A stretch of 64,000 nt of DNA from Candidatus Adlerbacteria bacterium (GTDB lineage: Bacteria > Patescibacteriota > Minisyncoccia > Phycocordibacterales > SBAW01), in assembly GCA_903851045.1 (NCBI GenBank), contig CAINNF010000008.1:299-64298 (forward strand), read 5' to 3'. A program made the translations under genes and the position numbers. Below, in pieces: positions 9,529 through 18,803 of this stretch. The notes beneath the pieces were generated by a model. It saw only the letters and a program-made list of their open reading frames with translations, did no database searches and was not told where the DNA came from. How positions within the stretch are numbered: position 1 is the stretch's first letter; the number at the start of each line of letters is the position of its first letter.

Positions 9529-9579
9529 TTAGCGGCGTGCCTTCTTCTTTGCTGCTTTCTTTGCCTTCTTTGCTGCCAT
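9529..9579 (-). CDS. 16-aa Lys/Ala-rich basic peptide MAAKKAKKAAKKKARR
   Basis: Manual translation ATG...TAA, highly biased GCA/AAG codons, downstream hairpins and an AT-rich upstream region. Confidence 0.65.
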   Translation of the reverse strand: MAAKKAKKAAKKKARR

Positions 9580-9729
9580 GTTAGTAGCGAAATGAATCGC
9601 CAAATTGGTTGCGCATCGTTCGACCGTACTTGCCACGAGCCCTAGGACAGGATGGCGAGCACACACTCGATGCTCTAGATATAAGTATCAAGTATTTTGC
9701 AGTAGATACAATGAAATATTTTTTATTTG

Positions 9730-9738
9730 TGTGGATAA
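9730..9738 (-). promoter_or_regulatory. Single consensus DnaA box
   Basis: TGTGGATAA (= TTATCCACA) in an AT-rich intergenic stretch. Isolated copy. Confidence 0.35.
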
Positions 9739-9827
9739 CTCGAAAATTATTTTTAGAAATTATTTTTTTAAAAAGTTTTTTATTTTATTTTTATATGTAA
9801 AAAATGTTTTTACGTGCGATGTGTCCA

Positions 9828-10868
9828 CTACATTTCCTGCACCTCTTGTTCGAGAGTGATGGAAAAAGTGTCCGATACTTTTTGTCTCACCGTGTTTGCG
9901 AGCGCAACCACGTCCGCACTTGATGCGCCGCGTGACACAACGAGCACCAGCGGCTGCCGCTCAAACAATCGCGCACTACCAACGCTCGTACCACGCAGCG
10001 CGAGCACCTTGTCGAGTAGCCACGCAAGCGGGATCTTCACTCCGTCCGCCTCCGGCACCGCAAAGACGGGCATAGTCGGATACTTAGCCACCAGCGCGTC
10101 AGCGTCCGCCTTTGATAGGATCGGATTCTTGAAGAACGAACCCGCGGTGCCCTCGACTAACAAGTCAGGAAATTTCTCTTTTCGTATCGCAAGCACCGCC
10201 TCGCGAATGTCCGTAAGTGTTGGGTGCTGCACGTTGGTGAATCGTACGGCAAGATCTTTGTACGAAAGGTTCGGTCGCGGCGTTCGCGCTTGCGCGAACG
10301 CCGCGCGAACAATCACATACTGTGCGGCATGCTGTTTGAAAAAACTGTCACGATACCCGAAGGCGCACGCACCGATGTCGAACTGTCGCACCTCTTCCGT
10401 CTCTTTATCATACACCTCGACCCATTGGAGCGTCTGCGACACTGACGCGCCGTAGGCGCCGATATTGCCCCATACCGCACCGCCAACCGTGCCGGGGATA
10501 CCCGACAGATTCTCAAGCCCCCACAGCCCGCGCTCGACAGCGTAAGCGACCACACCATCCCAACTCTCCCCCGCGCCCGCGGTGACCACAATTTTATCAT
10601 CTTCCGCTACAGCATGTTCCTTTTTTATATCCTTCTGTAATTCGAGTCCTCCGATCTCGATCTTGATGACCAACCCATCAAACCCCACGTCCGGCACGAG
10701 CGTATTCGACCCGCCACCCAGAACGTACGTAGCAACGTTGTCGTCCCGAGCCCAGCCGAGGGACTCTATAAGCTCCCCAATAGTATGTACCCGAACAAAA
10801 TACCGAGCCGACCCGCCAATATGGAAGGTGGTCAAAGGCGCAAGCGGCACGTTTTCCTCTATATGCAT
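9828..10868 (-). CDS. murB: UDP-N-acetylenolpyruvoylglucosamine reductase
   Basis: LAPLTTFHIGG, LGGGSN, GLENLSGIPGTVGGA, FGYRDS, AGSFFKNP and LEQEV motifs. Confidence 0.97.
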   Translation of the reverse strand: MHIEENVPLAPLTTFHIGGSARYFVRVHTIGELIESLGWARDDNVATYVLGGGSNTLVPDVGFDGLVIKIEIGGLELQKDIKKEHAVAEDDKIVVTAGAGESWDGVVAYAVERGLWGLENLSGIPGTVGGAVWGNIGAYGASVSQTLQWVEVYDKETEEVRQFDIGACAFGYRDSFFKQHAAQYVIVRAAFAQARTPRPNLSYKDLAVRFTNVQHPTLTDIREAVLAIRKEKFPDLLVEGTAGSFFKNPILSKADADALVAKYPTMPVFAVPEADGVKIPLAWLLDKVLALRGTSVGSARLFERQPLVLVVSRGASSADVVALANTVRQKVSDTFSITLEQEVQEM

Positions 10869-10881
10869 TCCATTACTCTAC

Positions 10882-10913
10882 ACGAAAAACTCCCTTGAGT
10901 GGGAGTGTTTCGT
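10882..10913 (-). terminator. Hairpin after the O-antigen ligase gene
   Basis: ACGAAAAACTCCC / GGGAGTGTTTCGT inverted repeat. Confidence 0.55.
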
Positions 10914-10933
10914 TGTGTGTCTCTGAATCTTTT

Positions 10934-13204
10934 CTACTGTTGTCCCGGTTTGAGCTTGCCGGACTGGATCTGCTCGATGAGCGACTGCGCTTGAGCGTCG
11001 ACCGTTGGGTCTGCCTTGGCTGCGGCCTGAAGCTCAGCGATCGTATTCGCGCCGTCACCGGAGGTGAAGTATGCCGACGCGAGACCAATGTGAATCTGCG
11101 CATTCTTCGGGTCGGCCGCGACGCGAGCCTTCCAGATACCGATGACGCGATCCCATTGCTTCGTGTTCGTGTAGACCTGGAGTAGGCGGGAATCGTCGAC
11201 GGAGACCGTACCAAAGCCCTGCTCGGTCGGACCCGAGAGGAGAACCTGGTCCGCGGTCGCCTTGTCCCCCGCGTACATGAGCGAAGCAGCGTAGAGAATG
11301 CGCGCATCCTTGTAGTTCGGCTCCTCGTCGAACGCGGCCTTCAAGACAGGTACGGCGTTCTTTGCTTGACCACTGTTGATGTACACGACACCGAGCTCGA
11401 ACTGGATCTGTTGTTTCTTCGGAGAATCCTTGAGCGCGCCGGAAAGATACTGTATCGCGCTCGGATACTGGCCGAACGAGTCGTAGAATGCACCAAGGAA
11501 AAGCTCGAGGCGGGCGTCCTGCGGACGCTCCGCAAGAATCGTCTTCCCTGCAGCCTCGGCGAAATCGTGCGTATCCTTTTTGACCGCTGGATCGACCGAC
11601 TGTGATGACGCCTGAGCGGAGGAGAACTGCATGAGCTGCTCGGCAGACTCCTGGTACCCCAGCCCCGTGCCCGGCCACACACCCGGGCCAAGTGCGACCT
11701 GGAATTGTGCAAGATTCATCTTTGGATCTTTCGGAGCGGCACCACCTTGGCCGTTGGACACCTGCGTGATGATCGCGGTGAGCAGATTCTGCGCACGAGT
11801 AAGACCCGGCACATTGAGCGTCCACACCACGAACACGACCGCGACGAGCACGAACGGTGCGACGACCGCCACACCCTGGTCGCTCACGGGCTTGGAGAGG
11901 AACAGTTTGCTATGCAACTTCCGACGAGTGAGGCTGTGCGCGAACGCAAGCAGCGTAAAGAAGTAAATCGAACTCATGATGTCGTCGAACACAAAGAGGT
12001 TGTTGAAGGCATACCCGGCAAGGAGGCCCAGGAACACCGCTTGCTCTGGTACGGCAAGCGCCTCGGTGTTGATGATAGCCATCGCGATGAGCACGAAGAA
12101 GAGGATGTAGAGCGTGAATGCCGGCAACCCGCCTGCGATTAACCAGTCCAGGAACTGGTTGTGCGCACGGTCGAACCACTGTTCCTGGGTATACATCCAT
12201 GGCTCGTAGTTCTTATTGAAGACATAGTTGAAGTTCTCCTGACCCCAACCTTGTATCGGACGCTCAACGAACCCCTGGAGCGCCATGTGCCAGATCGAGA
12301 AGCGTGCCGCGGTCGTTGGGTCGGCAAGCGAGATGGAAGCGACACGGCTGAGCGTCTGAGAGCGCTGAACGATTGGCGTCGAGCGAAGAGCAAAGAGCCC
12401 GACCACCAACACGACAAGTGCGCCCAAGCCCCAGAGCGAGACCTTGCGGAACCCCTGCCACTCCTTCGTCTTTGCGAACACCGCTGTATACACCGCCGCG
12501 ACGATTACGCCCACCACAAGCCCCAAGAGCGCACCGCGCGTCTGAGTGTAGTAGAGCGTCACGACCTGAAGCACTAGCGCTATCCCATAGAGCACTTGTG
12601 TCCACGGAATTTTGCGATGGCGAACCAACATGAACAGCGTGATAAAGCTGTTGAAGAGCATGAAGACGCCAAGATACGCGGCGTTACCGAACGTCGTATC
12701 GACGCGCGCACCGCTTTGGGACGATATGTGCAAGACACCCATCAACTGAAGAAGCGCGTAGCCACCCATGATGGCTGAGGCGAGTATCGAGATCTGGAAC
12801 AATCGCTCCCACCACTCCTCGGTCGCGACGACCGCGCCGACGAGCAGGAAGTACACGAAGAGGTGCAGGAGGGTGATGTACCCTTCCATACGCTCGAAGT
12901 TACTCCAGAAGCTCTTGATAGGATCGACACTAAGACCAGTAGCGAGCCCCATCCAGAGGACGAACGCGCACGCGGTCCACATGACCCACGACGCCTTCGG
13001 TCGATACTTCGGCTCGCGGAGCGCGAGGATCACATAGACACCGAGCAATACCTCGATGAGGATACGGAACGCGAAGTTCTTACCCGTAATGAACGGGAAG
13101 AACATGTTAGGAATAAAAGTACCGTCAGCGATAATAAAAGAAACAAAGAACACGAGGCCAAGCCCGATAAGTAGGACCCAGCGCAAAATCTTGGTATACG
13201 ACAT
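10934..13204 (-). CDS. O-antigen ligase (Wzy_C) family protein with C-terminal TPRs; possible protein O-oligosaccharyltransferase
   Basis: Multi-TM, TFGNAAY, TQTRGA, GWGQENF, DRAHNQFLD and TPR-like helices at the C-terminus. Confidence 0.88.
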   Translation of the reverse strand: MSYTKILRWVLLIGLGLVFFVSFIIADGTFIPNMFFPFITGKNFAFRILIEVLLGVYVILALREPKYRPKASWVMWTACAFVLWMGLATGLSVDPIKSFWSNFERMEGYITLLHLFVYFLLVGAVVATEEWWERLFQISILASAIMGGYALLQLMGVLHISSQSGARVDTTFGNAAYLGVFMLFNSFITLFMLVRHRKIPWTQVLYGIALVLQVVTLYYTQTRGALLGLVVGVIVAAVYTAVFAKTKEWQGFRKVSLWGLGALVVLVVGLFALRSTPIVQRSQTLSRVASISLADPTTAARFSIWHMALQGFVERPIQGWGQENFNYVFNKNYEPWMYTQEQWFDRAHNQFLDWLIAGGLPAFTLYILFFVLIAMAIINTEALAVPEQAVFLGLLAGYAFNNLFVFDDIMSSIYFFTLLAFAHSLTRRKLHSKLFLSKPVSDQGVAVVAPFVLVAVVFVVWTLNVPGLTRAQNLLTAIITQVSNGQGGAAPKDPKMNLAQFQVALGPGVWPGTGLGYQESAEQLMQFSSAQASSQSVDPAVKKDTHDFAEAAGKTILAERPQDARLELFLGAFYDSFGQYPSAIQYLSGALKDSPKKQQIQFELGVVYINSGQAKNAVPVLKAAFDEEPNYKDARILYAASLMYAGDKATADQVLLSGPTEQGFGTVSVDDSRLLQVYTNTKQWDRVIGIWKARVAADPKNAQIHIGLASAYFTSGDGANTIAELQAAAKADPTVDAQAQSLIEQIQSGKLKPGQQ

Positions 13205-13275
13205 ACCACAAGACTATATCACAGCTTGAAACCGAGACCAGAGCCACGTTTACGATCTTCTGATAGAGTGAGTAT

Positions 13276-13839
13276 ATGAAAAAAGCAGTCTTCTTCGACC
13301 GAGACGGCACACTTCTCACTTTGTATGAGGGCACCGGATACCTCACAAGCACAAAAGGTATGCGGCTCATGCCTGGGGCGGCGGCGGCCATCGCGGCGTG
13401 CAATATGGCCGGATTTCTTGTCTTGCTCCACACCAATCAGGCGAATATAGCTCGGGGGAGGTTGACCGAGAAAGACCTACATACCATACATACGACGATT
13501 GAAAAACGCTTACAAAAGGCCGGTGCACATATCGACGGTATATACTATTGTCCGCACCACCCTGCCGGTACGGTCGAACGATACCGTCTCGTGTGTGAGT
13601 GCCGCAAGCCGGAAGCGGGCATGTTGACAACAGCGATCAAAGAGTTCGGCATAGATGCCTCAAAAAGTTTTTTAGTCGGTGATAGCCGCAAGGATATCTT
13701 GGCGGGCAGACGTGCAGGACTCAACACACTCCTCGTCATGACCGGGAACGCTGGCAAGGAAGAGGGAGCGCCATCTATAGAACCGGACTTTTTTGTTGCA
13801 AACATAAGCGAAGCGGTACGGCATATACTCAAAAAATAA
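13276..13839 (+). CDS. gmhB: D,D-heptose 1,7-bisphosphate phosphatase (HAD IIIA)
   Basis: FFDRDGTL, TNQ, CPHHP...CECRKP and VGD...D motifs. Confidence 0.88.
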   Translation: MKKAVFFDRDGTLLTLYEGTGYLTSTKGMRLMPGAAAAIAACNMAGFLVLLHTNQANIARGRLTEKDLHTIHTTIEKRLQKAGAHIDGIYYCPHHPAGTVERYRLVCECRKPEAGMLTTAIKEFGIDASKSFLVGDSRKDILAGRRAGLNTLLVMTGNAGKEEGAPSIEPDFFVANISEAVRHILKK

Positions 13840-13879
13840 AAGACGATCGACGTTGTGCCGATCGTCTTGCATCTGCGTC

Positions 13880-14332
13880 TCACTCGATCCGTATCTCACG
13901 TGGATCGACCCATATCACCACCTCATCTCCATACCTGATGTTGGGGATCATTGGAGCGATGATCTCCAAAACCGAAGCATCGTGAGGATGGGCTTGTTTG
14001 GTGGAAGGGTCCGGGTGATATATCCAACCTTCACAGATCTCGGACCCAACAGCAACACCGCACCGAGAAAAGAAGAAATTTTCCGGCGGGTAGTCAGCAT
14101 GCCACGACACCCCCGTGACCGTTGGTTCCCTCAGTCGCATCGCCCACTCATGCGGGTGAATGGACACGTTGAGGGTAGCAAGGTACGACCCACTAAGGTC
14201 GATACCGCGGGCTTGAAAAAGGGGTGCTTGGAGCTCGATAGTACCCTTGCCAAAAGGGCTCGTCCCATCGACATTCGAAGCGAGGCGGTATCCTTGCACG
14301 ACGACACCTGGAACAGATTCACGACCGCACAT
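13880..14332 (-). CDS. Conserved hypothetical protein, possibly CTP-dependent riboflavin kinase-like fold
   Basis: GVVVQG, ATLNVS and LEIIAP...YGDEVVI pattern. SD AGGAG upstream. Confidence 0.55.
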   Translation of the reverse strand: MCGRESVPGVVVQGYRLASNVDGTSPFGKGTIELQAPLFQARGIDLSGSYLATLNVSIHPHEWAMRLREPTVTGVSWHADYPPENFFFSRCGVAVGSEICEGWIYHPDPSTKQAHPHDASVLEIIAPMIPNIRYGDEVVIWVDPREIRIE

Positions 14333-14449
14333 ATCTCACTCCTGTTTGATCGATGCCGGAGTATTTATAGCACAGTACGTCGCTTACCGCAGCCTCGCTA
14401 GCGTGAAGTCTTAAGCTACCTTATGATGTACTCATTCGCTACTGAACAC

Positions 14450-15412
14450 ATGCGTACCAAACCGAAAAAAATCCTCGTTATAGGCGACATGATCCTGGAC
14501 GTATACCATACGGGAACATACATCGGGCAGTCACTCTCTGACACGGAAACTCCGGTCGGTAAGGCCACATCAACGACCCACACCTGGGGAGGAGCGGGTT
14601 TTCTCGTTCGAAACATCTTGGCGTTGGGAGGTGCGGTCACGTTCGTTTCGTATGTCGGAACGGACGACTTTGCGAAAAAAGTGAATTTATTCAAACATGC
14701 GCATTTGACCAAAGCGTTCTCCCAGACCTCAAAGAAATCGACGACCGTAAAGGAACGATTTTGGCTTGGAGATAAGAAGCATCTTGGCTGGCATCGAACC
14801 GACGATTCCCCTCTTCCCTCCATACAAGCAAAGCAGGTACTGGGACGTATACGAACAGAAATTCCAACAGTTGAGAAGGTCATAGTCGCAGACTACCGAC
14901 ATGGCCTCCTTTCAGCATCCATGGCTCGACAGATAGTCAAGATGTGCGCCGCAGCGCACAAGCCTATATATATCGATTCACAAGTCTCATACGGCGACAG
15001 TAACCACCACTGGTACGAGGGCGCGACGCTTTTTTGTCTCAACCAAAAGGAGGCGTCACGCGTGAGCCCGCTGTTCGATCCGAACCATTTACGCGCCTCC
15101 ATGGAGCGTCTACAACAAAGCCTTCGTACCCCAAATGTCGTTATAAAACTTGGCGAACGCGGGTGCGCGGCGTTGTTCGATTCGGCATATTTCGAGACTC
15201 GAGCACATACGGTCGTGCCAGTCGATACGACCGGGGCTGGCGATGCGTTCCTAGCAAGCCTCGCGATCGGCGGTACTCCTCTTGGAGACCATGACCTAGA
15301 ACACGCTAACATTTGGGCAGGATTATCCACGACCGTACTCGGCACAGAGGTCCCCCCGATAGCAACGTACAACAAACTCGTTGCTAAAATAGCGCATAAG
15401 ACGAATCGTTGA
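14450..15412 (+). CDS. Heptose-7-phosphate kinase-like (RfaE domain I/HldA), PfkB family
   Basis: VIGDMILDVY, GGAG, DYRHG and DTTGAGDAF. Alternative start at 14423. Confidence 0.85.
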   Translation: MRTKPKKILVIGDMILDVYHTGTYIGQSLSDTETPVGKATSTTHTWGGAGFLVRNILALGGAVTFVSYVGTDDFAKKVNLFKHAHLTKAFSQTSKKSTTVKERFWLGDKKHLGWHRTDDSPLPSIQAKQVLGRIRTEIPTVEKVIVADYRHGLLSASMARQIVKMCAAAHKPIYIDSQVSYGDSNHHWYEGATLFCLNQKEASRVSPLFDPNHLRASMERLQQSLRTPNVVIKLGERGCAALFDSAYFETRAHTVVPVDTTGAGDAFLASLAIGGTPLGDHDLEHANIWAGLSTTVLGTEVPPIATYNKLVAKIAHKTNR

Positions 15413-15436
15413 CAAAAAAGTTACGTAGTCTATTGT
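15409..15436 (+). promoter_or_regulatory. Sigma70-like promoter
   Basis: TTGACA-16 nt-TATTGT, with GGAG before the GTG at 15474. Confidence 0.5.
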
Positions 15437-15473
15437 CGGTATAGCAGAACCTCAGAAAGCAATGGAGTGACTG

Positions 15474-16223
15474 GTGCCTCAAAGCATTTCCCAACCAAGC
15501 ATACGTGCCGTGACGCTCAATGTCGACTGTGATAGAAATACCGAAACGGTCGAGCGATACCTAGCGACACATCGACCCGAGGTGGTGTGTCTGCAAGAAG
15601 TTATGAAAGTGGACGTGCCTCGATTCGCTCGCGCGATTGGCGGACACGGGCATTTTGTCCCCATGACTCGCGTCCTGTCACATGGTGAGTGGCGTGAGGT
15701 CGGCATATGCATACTCACTTCTCTGCAGCAGACAGGAAGCGAAGCGGTCTACTATGTCGGCTCTCCAGGCATCCTGCATAATCTGGACCGACATGACCCT
15801 GCTTCCCGTCGCGAGGTTGAGCACCGTATCCTCCTCGTCAGCGATATCGTAAAAGAAAGGGTGCTGTTCACGTTCGCGACGACGCACTTCACCTGGGTAC
15901 CCGACGGTCAGCCTGACGACTTCCAGCGAAACGACGTGCGCACGCTCATCGGGATGCTCCAAGGTTTGAAAGAGGTGGTCTTCTGCGGCGACATGAACGC
16001 TGTTCGAGGCGGAGAGATATTCGACCTGTTGGCGACACATCTACACGATAATGTCCCCGCCACCTTCGCGACGAGCATCGACCCAGAACGCCACAAGGTG
16101 CGTGGCCTCCGTGCAATGGTCGACGGCATCTTTAGCACCCCAGGGATGTGCGTCGAGCACGTGGACATGACCTTTGGGGTGAGCGACCATGGCGCACTCA
16201 GCGCGACCGTTTCAAAACGATAA
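15474..16223 (+). CDS. Endonuclease/exonuclease/phosphatase (EEP) family protein
   Basis: TLNV, CLQEV, TTH, CGDMN and SDH motifs. Confidence 0.88.
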   Translation: MPQSISQPSIRAVTLNVDCDRNTETVERYLATHRPEVVCLQEVMKVDVPRFARAIGGHGHFVPMTRVLSHGEWREVGICILTSLQQTGSEAVYYVGSPGILHNLDRHDPASRREVEHRILLVSDIVKERVLFTFATTHFTWVPDGQPDDFQRNDVRTLIGMLQGLKEVVFCGDMNAVRGGEIFDLLATHLHDNVPATFATSIDPERHKVRGLRAMVDGIFSTPGMCVEHVDMTFGVSDHGALSATVSKR

Positions 16224-16224
16224 A

Positions 16225-16263
16225 GAAAAAGGCGGGCAGTACCAACTGTCCGCCTCCTTTTTT
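16225..16263. terminator. Bidirectional terminator between convergent genes
   Basis: AGGCGGGCAGT / ACTGTCCGCCT flanked by A and T runs. Confidence 0.7.
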
Positions 16264-16265
16264 AC

Positions 16266-16772
16266 TTAAGCTCCGTACCGCTGCACTATCGTCTCGATGA
16301 TATTGGTTGTCGATAGTCCCTCGCTGTAGGGAGCGAGCCGTAGTTCGCCCCCGAAGCTTTCCACCAAAGCCTTTTCGGCGGGAAACGCCGGATCCTGTGC
16401 GCTTCCCTCGCCTTTGATATGGATATCGGGTTTCAACAGAGGAAACCAACTAGGCGGATTACCATCGAAGATAAATACATAGTCAACGGCACGCAGACCG
16501 GCAAGCACGCGAGCCCGGTTTTGTGCATCGACAATCGGACGCTTCTCGCCTTTGAGAGCGCGTATGGAGTCATCGGAGTTAATCCCGACCACCAACACAT
16601 CACCTTGTGCCTGAGCCCATTCGAACGAACGGACGTGGCCCGGGTGGATGATGTCGAAACAGCCGTTCGTGGTCACTACCCGTCGACCCTCCGCGCGTAG
16701 TGCCGCGACAATGGGCACGAGCTCTGCGAGCGTTTTGATACGGTCTGCGCCAGGTAGTGGTGTCTCGCTCAT
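16266..16772 (-). CDS. Heptose-1-phosphate nucleotidyltransferase (RfaE domain II/HldC)
   Basis: TNGCFDIIHPGH, GINSDDS, KGEKRPI and GLSTT. Start at ATG 16772 with SD AGGAG. Confidence 0.9.
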   Translation of the reverse strand: MSETPLPGADRIKTLAELVPIVAALRAEGRRVVTTNGCFDIIHPGHVRSFEWAQAQGDVLVVGINSDDSIRALKGEKRPIVDAQNRARVLAGLRAVDYVFIFDGNPPSWFPLLKPDIHIKGEGSAQDPAFPAEKALVESFGGELRLAPYSEGLSTTNIIETIVQRYGA

Positions 16773-16884
16773 ATACGTTCTCCTGCTGTCAGACCGTACT
16801 GTATCACACCCGTGAACCGCCGACGAGTATGGAAAAGACCGCTTCCCTTGGGAGAGAAGCGGTCGAAGTGTCGTGGTGTATTGA

Positions 16885-18672
16885 TCAGCGAGCGATCCGT
16901 GCTGGCCCACCTCGTATGCGGTAGAGCTCTACCTCAAAAAGATGGTTACGCACAATATCGTTCATTCCGATGAGCGTCTGGCCGATCGTTGGACCAAACA
17001 CATCCTGTCGCAGCATCGCCTCCGCCAGATCCCCTCCTGCCACAAAAGAACAGAAAAGGTATGGGTTCTGCGCGACCGGTGTCGGAAGCTCCTCAGGGCT
17101 GGCATATCCCAGCTCATGCGCAAGCGCATGTGTCCAACCCTCCATCGTATCCGCCGAGTGATACCTGCGCAGGTGTCTGTGCGTCTCCTGGCCGATAGTC
17201 TCCCAGCTCCACATGTCGTCAGGAACATCGACAAGCGTTGCACCCAACTCCTCTCCATATGGCACGCGAGGCAGCCAATTGAAGAGGCGGTGAAGCCGCA
17301 CGGTCCGTTCGCGATAGCGATCGTTCTCGAAGTCGGACAGGTAGGAGAGTGCACCTACCGTTGCGTCCTTGTCGCCACGCGAACGTTCTTCAGCATCGGG
17401 AAGATAGAGGATGTCGGCGGTCAACGCACCGGTTGGTACCGCCTGCATCCGAAGCAAAGATCTCTTCCTCCTACTGCTTGCGAGCCCATGCACGATACGC
17501 TCGATGTCTCGAGGTCCGCCGTCGACATGACGCAACACGCTTCGCAGAAAGAACGATTCTTCCAAATCATCCTCACCGCCGCTATGCATGCCGAACGCGG
17601 TCGCGATCCGTCCGATGTTCACGAACGGATACGGCGACAGGATCGAGGCCCAGGCGTGTGTCGGGTCGATCTCCCGATTGAGCGCCAAGGTTCCCAGATC
17701 CGTTCTCGTGTCACTGAACGGAACCGCGAGTATCTGCTCGGTCCGTAGCGACATACCGCGCGAAAGTATCTTGCGGCACCCCTCGACGATGAGTTCGTGT
17801 TGCATCGGACGAAAGAGCACCTCCTTGCGGAGGAACTCGTTGCCCGACTCGATGGCAAGCGTGATGCCTGTGCACCCCGCCTCAGCAAGGAGGTCGAGTC
17901 GTCGGTCCCCTGACGAGTGTTGCGTCATTTCCAGACGCATCTGACAGTGGAACGGGACGCCGACCTCGGCCTTCCAGCGATGTGCGAACTCTTGTAGCAA
18001 CGTAAGATTAAGCCCAAACACATCGTCTTGGAAGTAGAAGAGCTTCGTGTCCGGCCAGCTGGCCATCACGATGCGCGCTTCGCGGATCACGTCGTCAAGC
18101 GACCGGAACACTGGCTCATATCCGCCATGCATCCGGTTGAACTCGTCGACATAGCAATAGGTGCAGCGGAATGGGCACCGCAGCGACCAGAGGTGACTCT
18201 TGATCGGACTGTGAACGAATTCCGGATACGCATCGTACAACACGCGACGACTTGGAACCGGAAACTGCTCCGTGTGCCCGTGTGGGTCGAAGTGTACTCC
18301 TTTCGCCAATGTGCCGCTGAGCACTTGCCGCAGATAGCCGAAGCCGCTGCCGCGCACCACCCAGTCAGCATGCGGGACACATTGTTCGTGCGAGTATGTC
18401 GCGTGTGGGCCACCCATAACGACAGGTATGCCACGACCACGCACCCGGTCGCACGCACGAAACATCGGCTTGTGATACCCCGTCCAGATATGGCATCCGA
18501 CGAGATCAGGTTTCCATCGATCTACCTTCCGAAAAAAGGGTCCGAAATCGTTCCCTTGTACAAGCTCGATATCACATTCCCAACCCATATCGAGCACCAC
18601 TTGCGACAAGTAATGCAGGCCGAGAGGCTCGACACCACCAGGATGCCGAGCCAGGAAGAGCATCCGTGGCAT
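16885..18672 (-). CDS. Cobalamin-binding radical SAM protein with C-terminal extension
   Basis: EPLGLHYL...KPDLVG...GGPHAT B12-binding domain, CPFRCTYC, FQDDVF and IESG. Confidence 0.88.
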   Translation of the reverse strand: MPRMLFLARHPGGVEPLGLHYLSQVVLDMGWECDIELVQGNDFGPFFRKVDRWKPDLVGCHIWTGYHKPMFRACDRVRGRGIPVVMGGPHATYSHEQCVPHADWVVRGSGFGYLRQVLSGTLAKGVHFDPHGHTEQFPVPSRRVLYDAYPEFVHSPIKSHLWSLRCPFRCTYCYVDEFNRMHGGYEPVFRSLDDVIREARIVMASWPDTKLFYFQDDVFGLNLTLLQEFAHRWKAEVGVPFHCQMRLEMTQHSSGDRRLDLLAEAGCTGITLAIESGNEFLRKEVLFRPMQHELIVEGCRKILSRGMSLRTEQILAVPFSDTRTDLGTLALNREIDPTHAWASILSPYPFVNIGRIATAFGMHSGGEDDLEESFFLRSVLRHVDGGPRDIERIVHGLASSRRKRSLLRMQAVPTGALTADILYLPDAEERSRGDKDATVGALSYLSDFENDRYRERTVRLHRLFNWLPRVPYGEELGATLVDVPDDMWSWETIGQETHRHLRRYHSADTMEGWTHALAHELGYASPEELPTPVAQNPYLFCSFVAGGDLAEAMLRQDVFGPTIGQTLIGMNDIVRNHLFEVELYRIRGGPARIAR

Positions 18673-18803
18673 GTCCGTATTCCCTTATGAAGAGGTCATG
18701 GATAGCTCACAAAGAGCTTCTGTAAAAACCTTACCACGTCACCACGCGCACTTTAAGAGCGATACAGAGGCACAACACATGTGCGGGTATAACGCAAAGG
18801 GTT

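Noticed and set aside
9700-9815. Replication origin
   Set aside because: Only one DnaA box and no dnaA/dnaN context.
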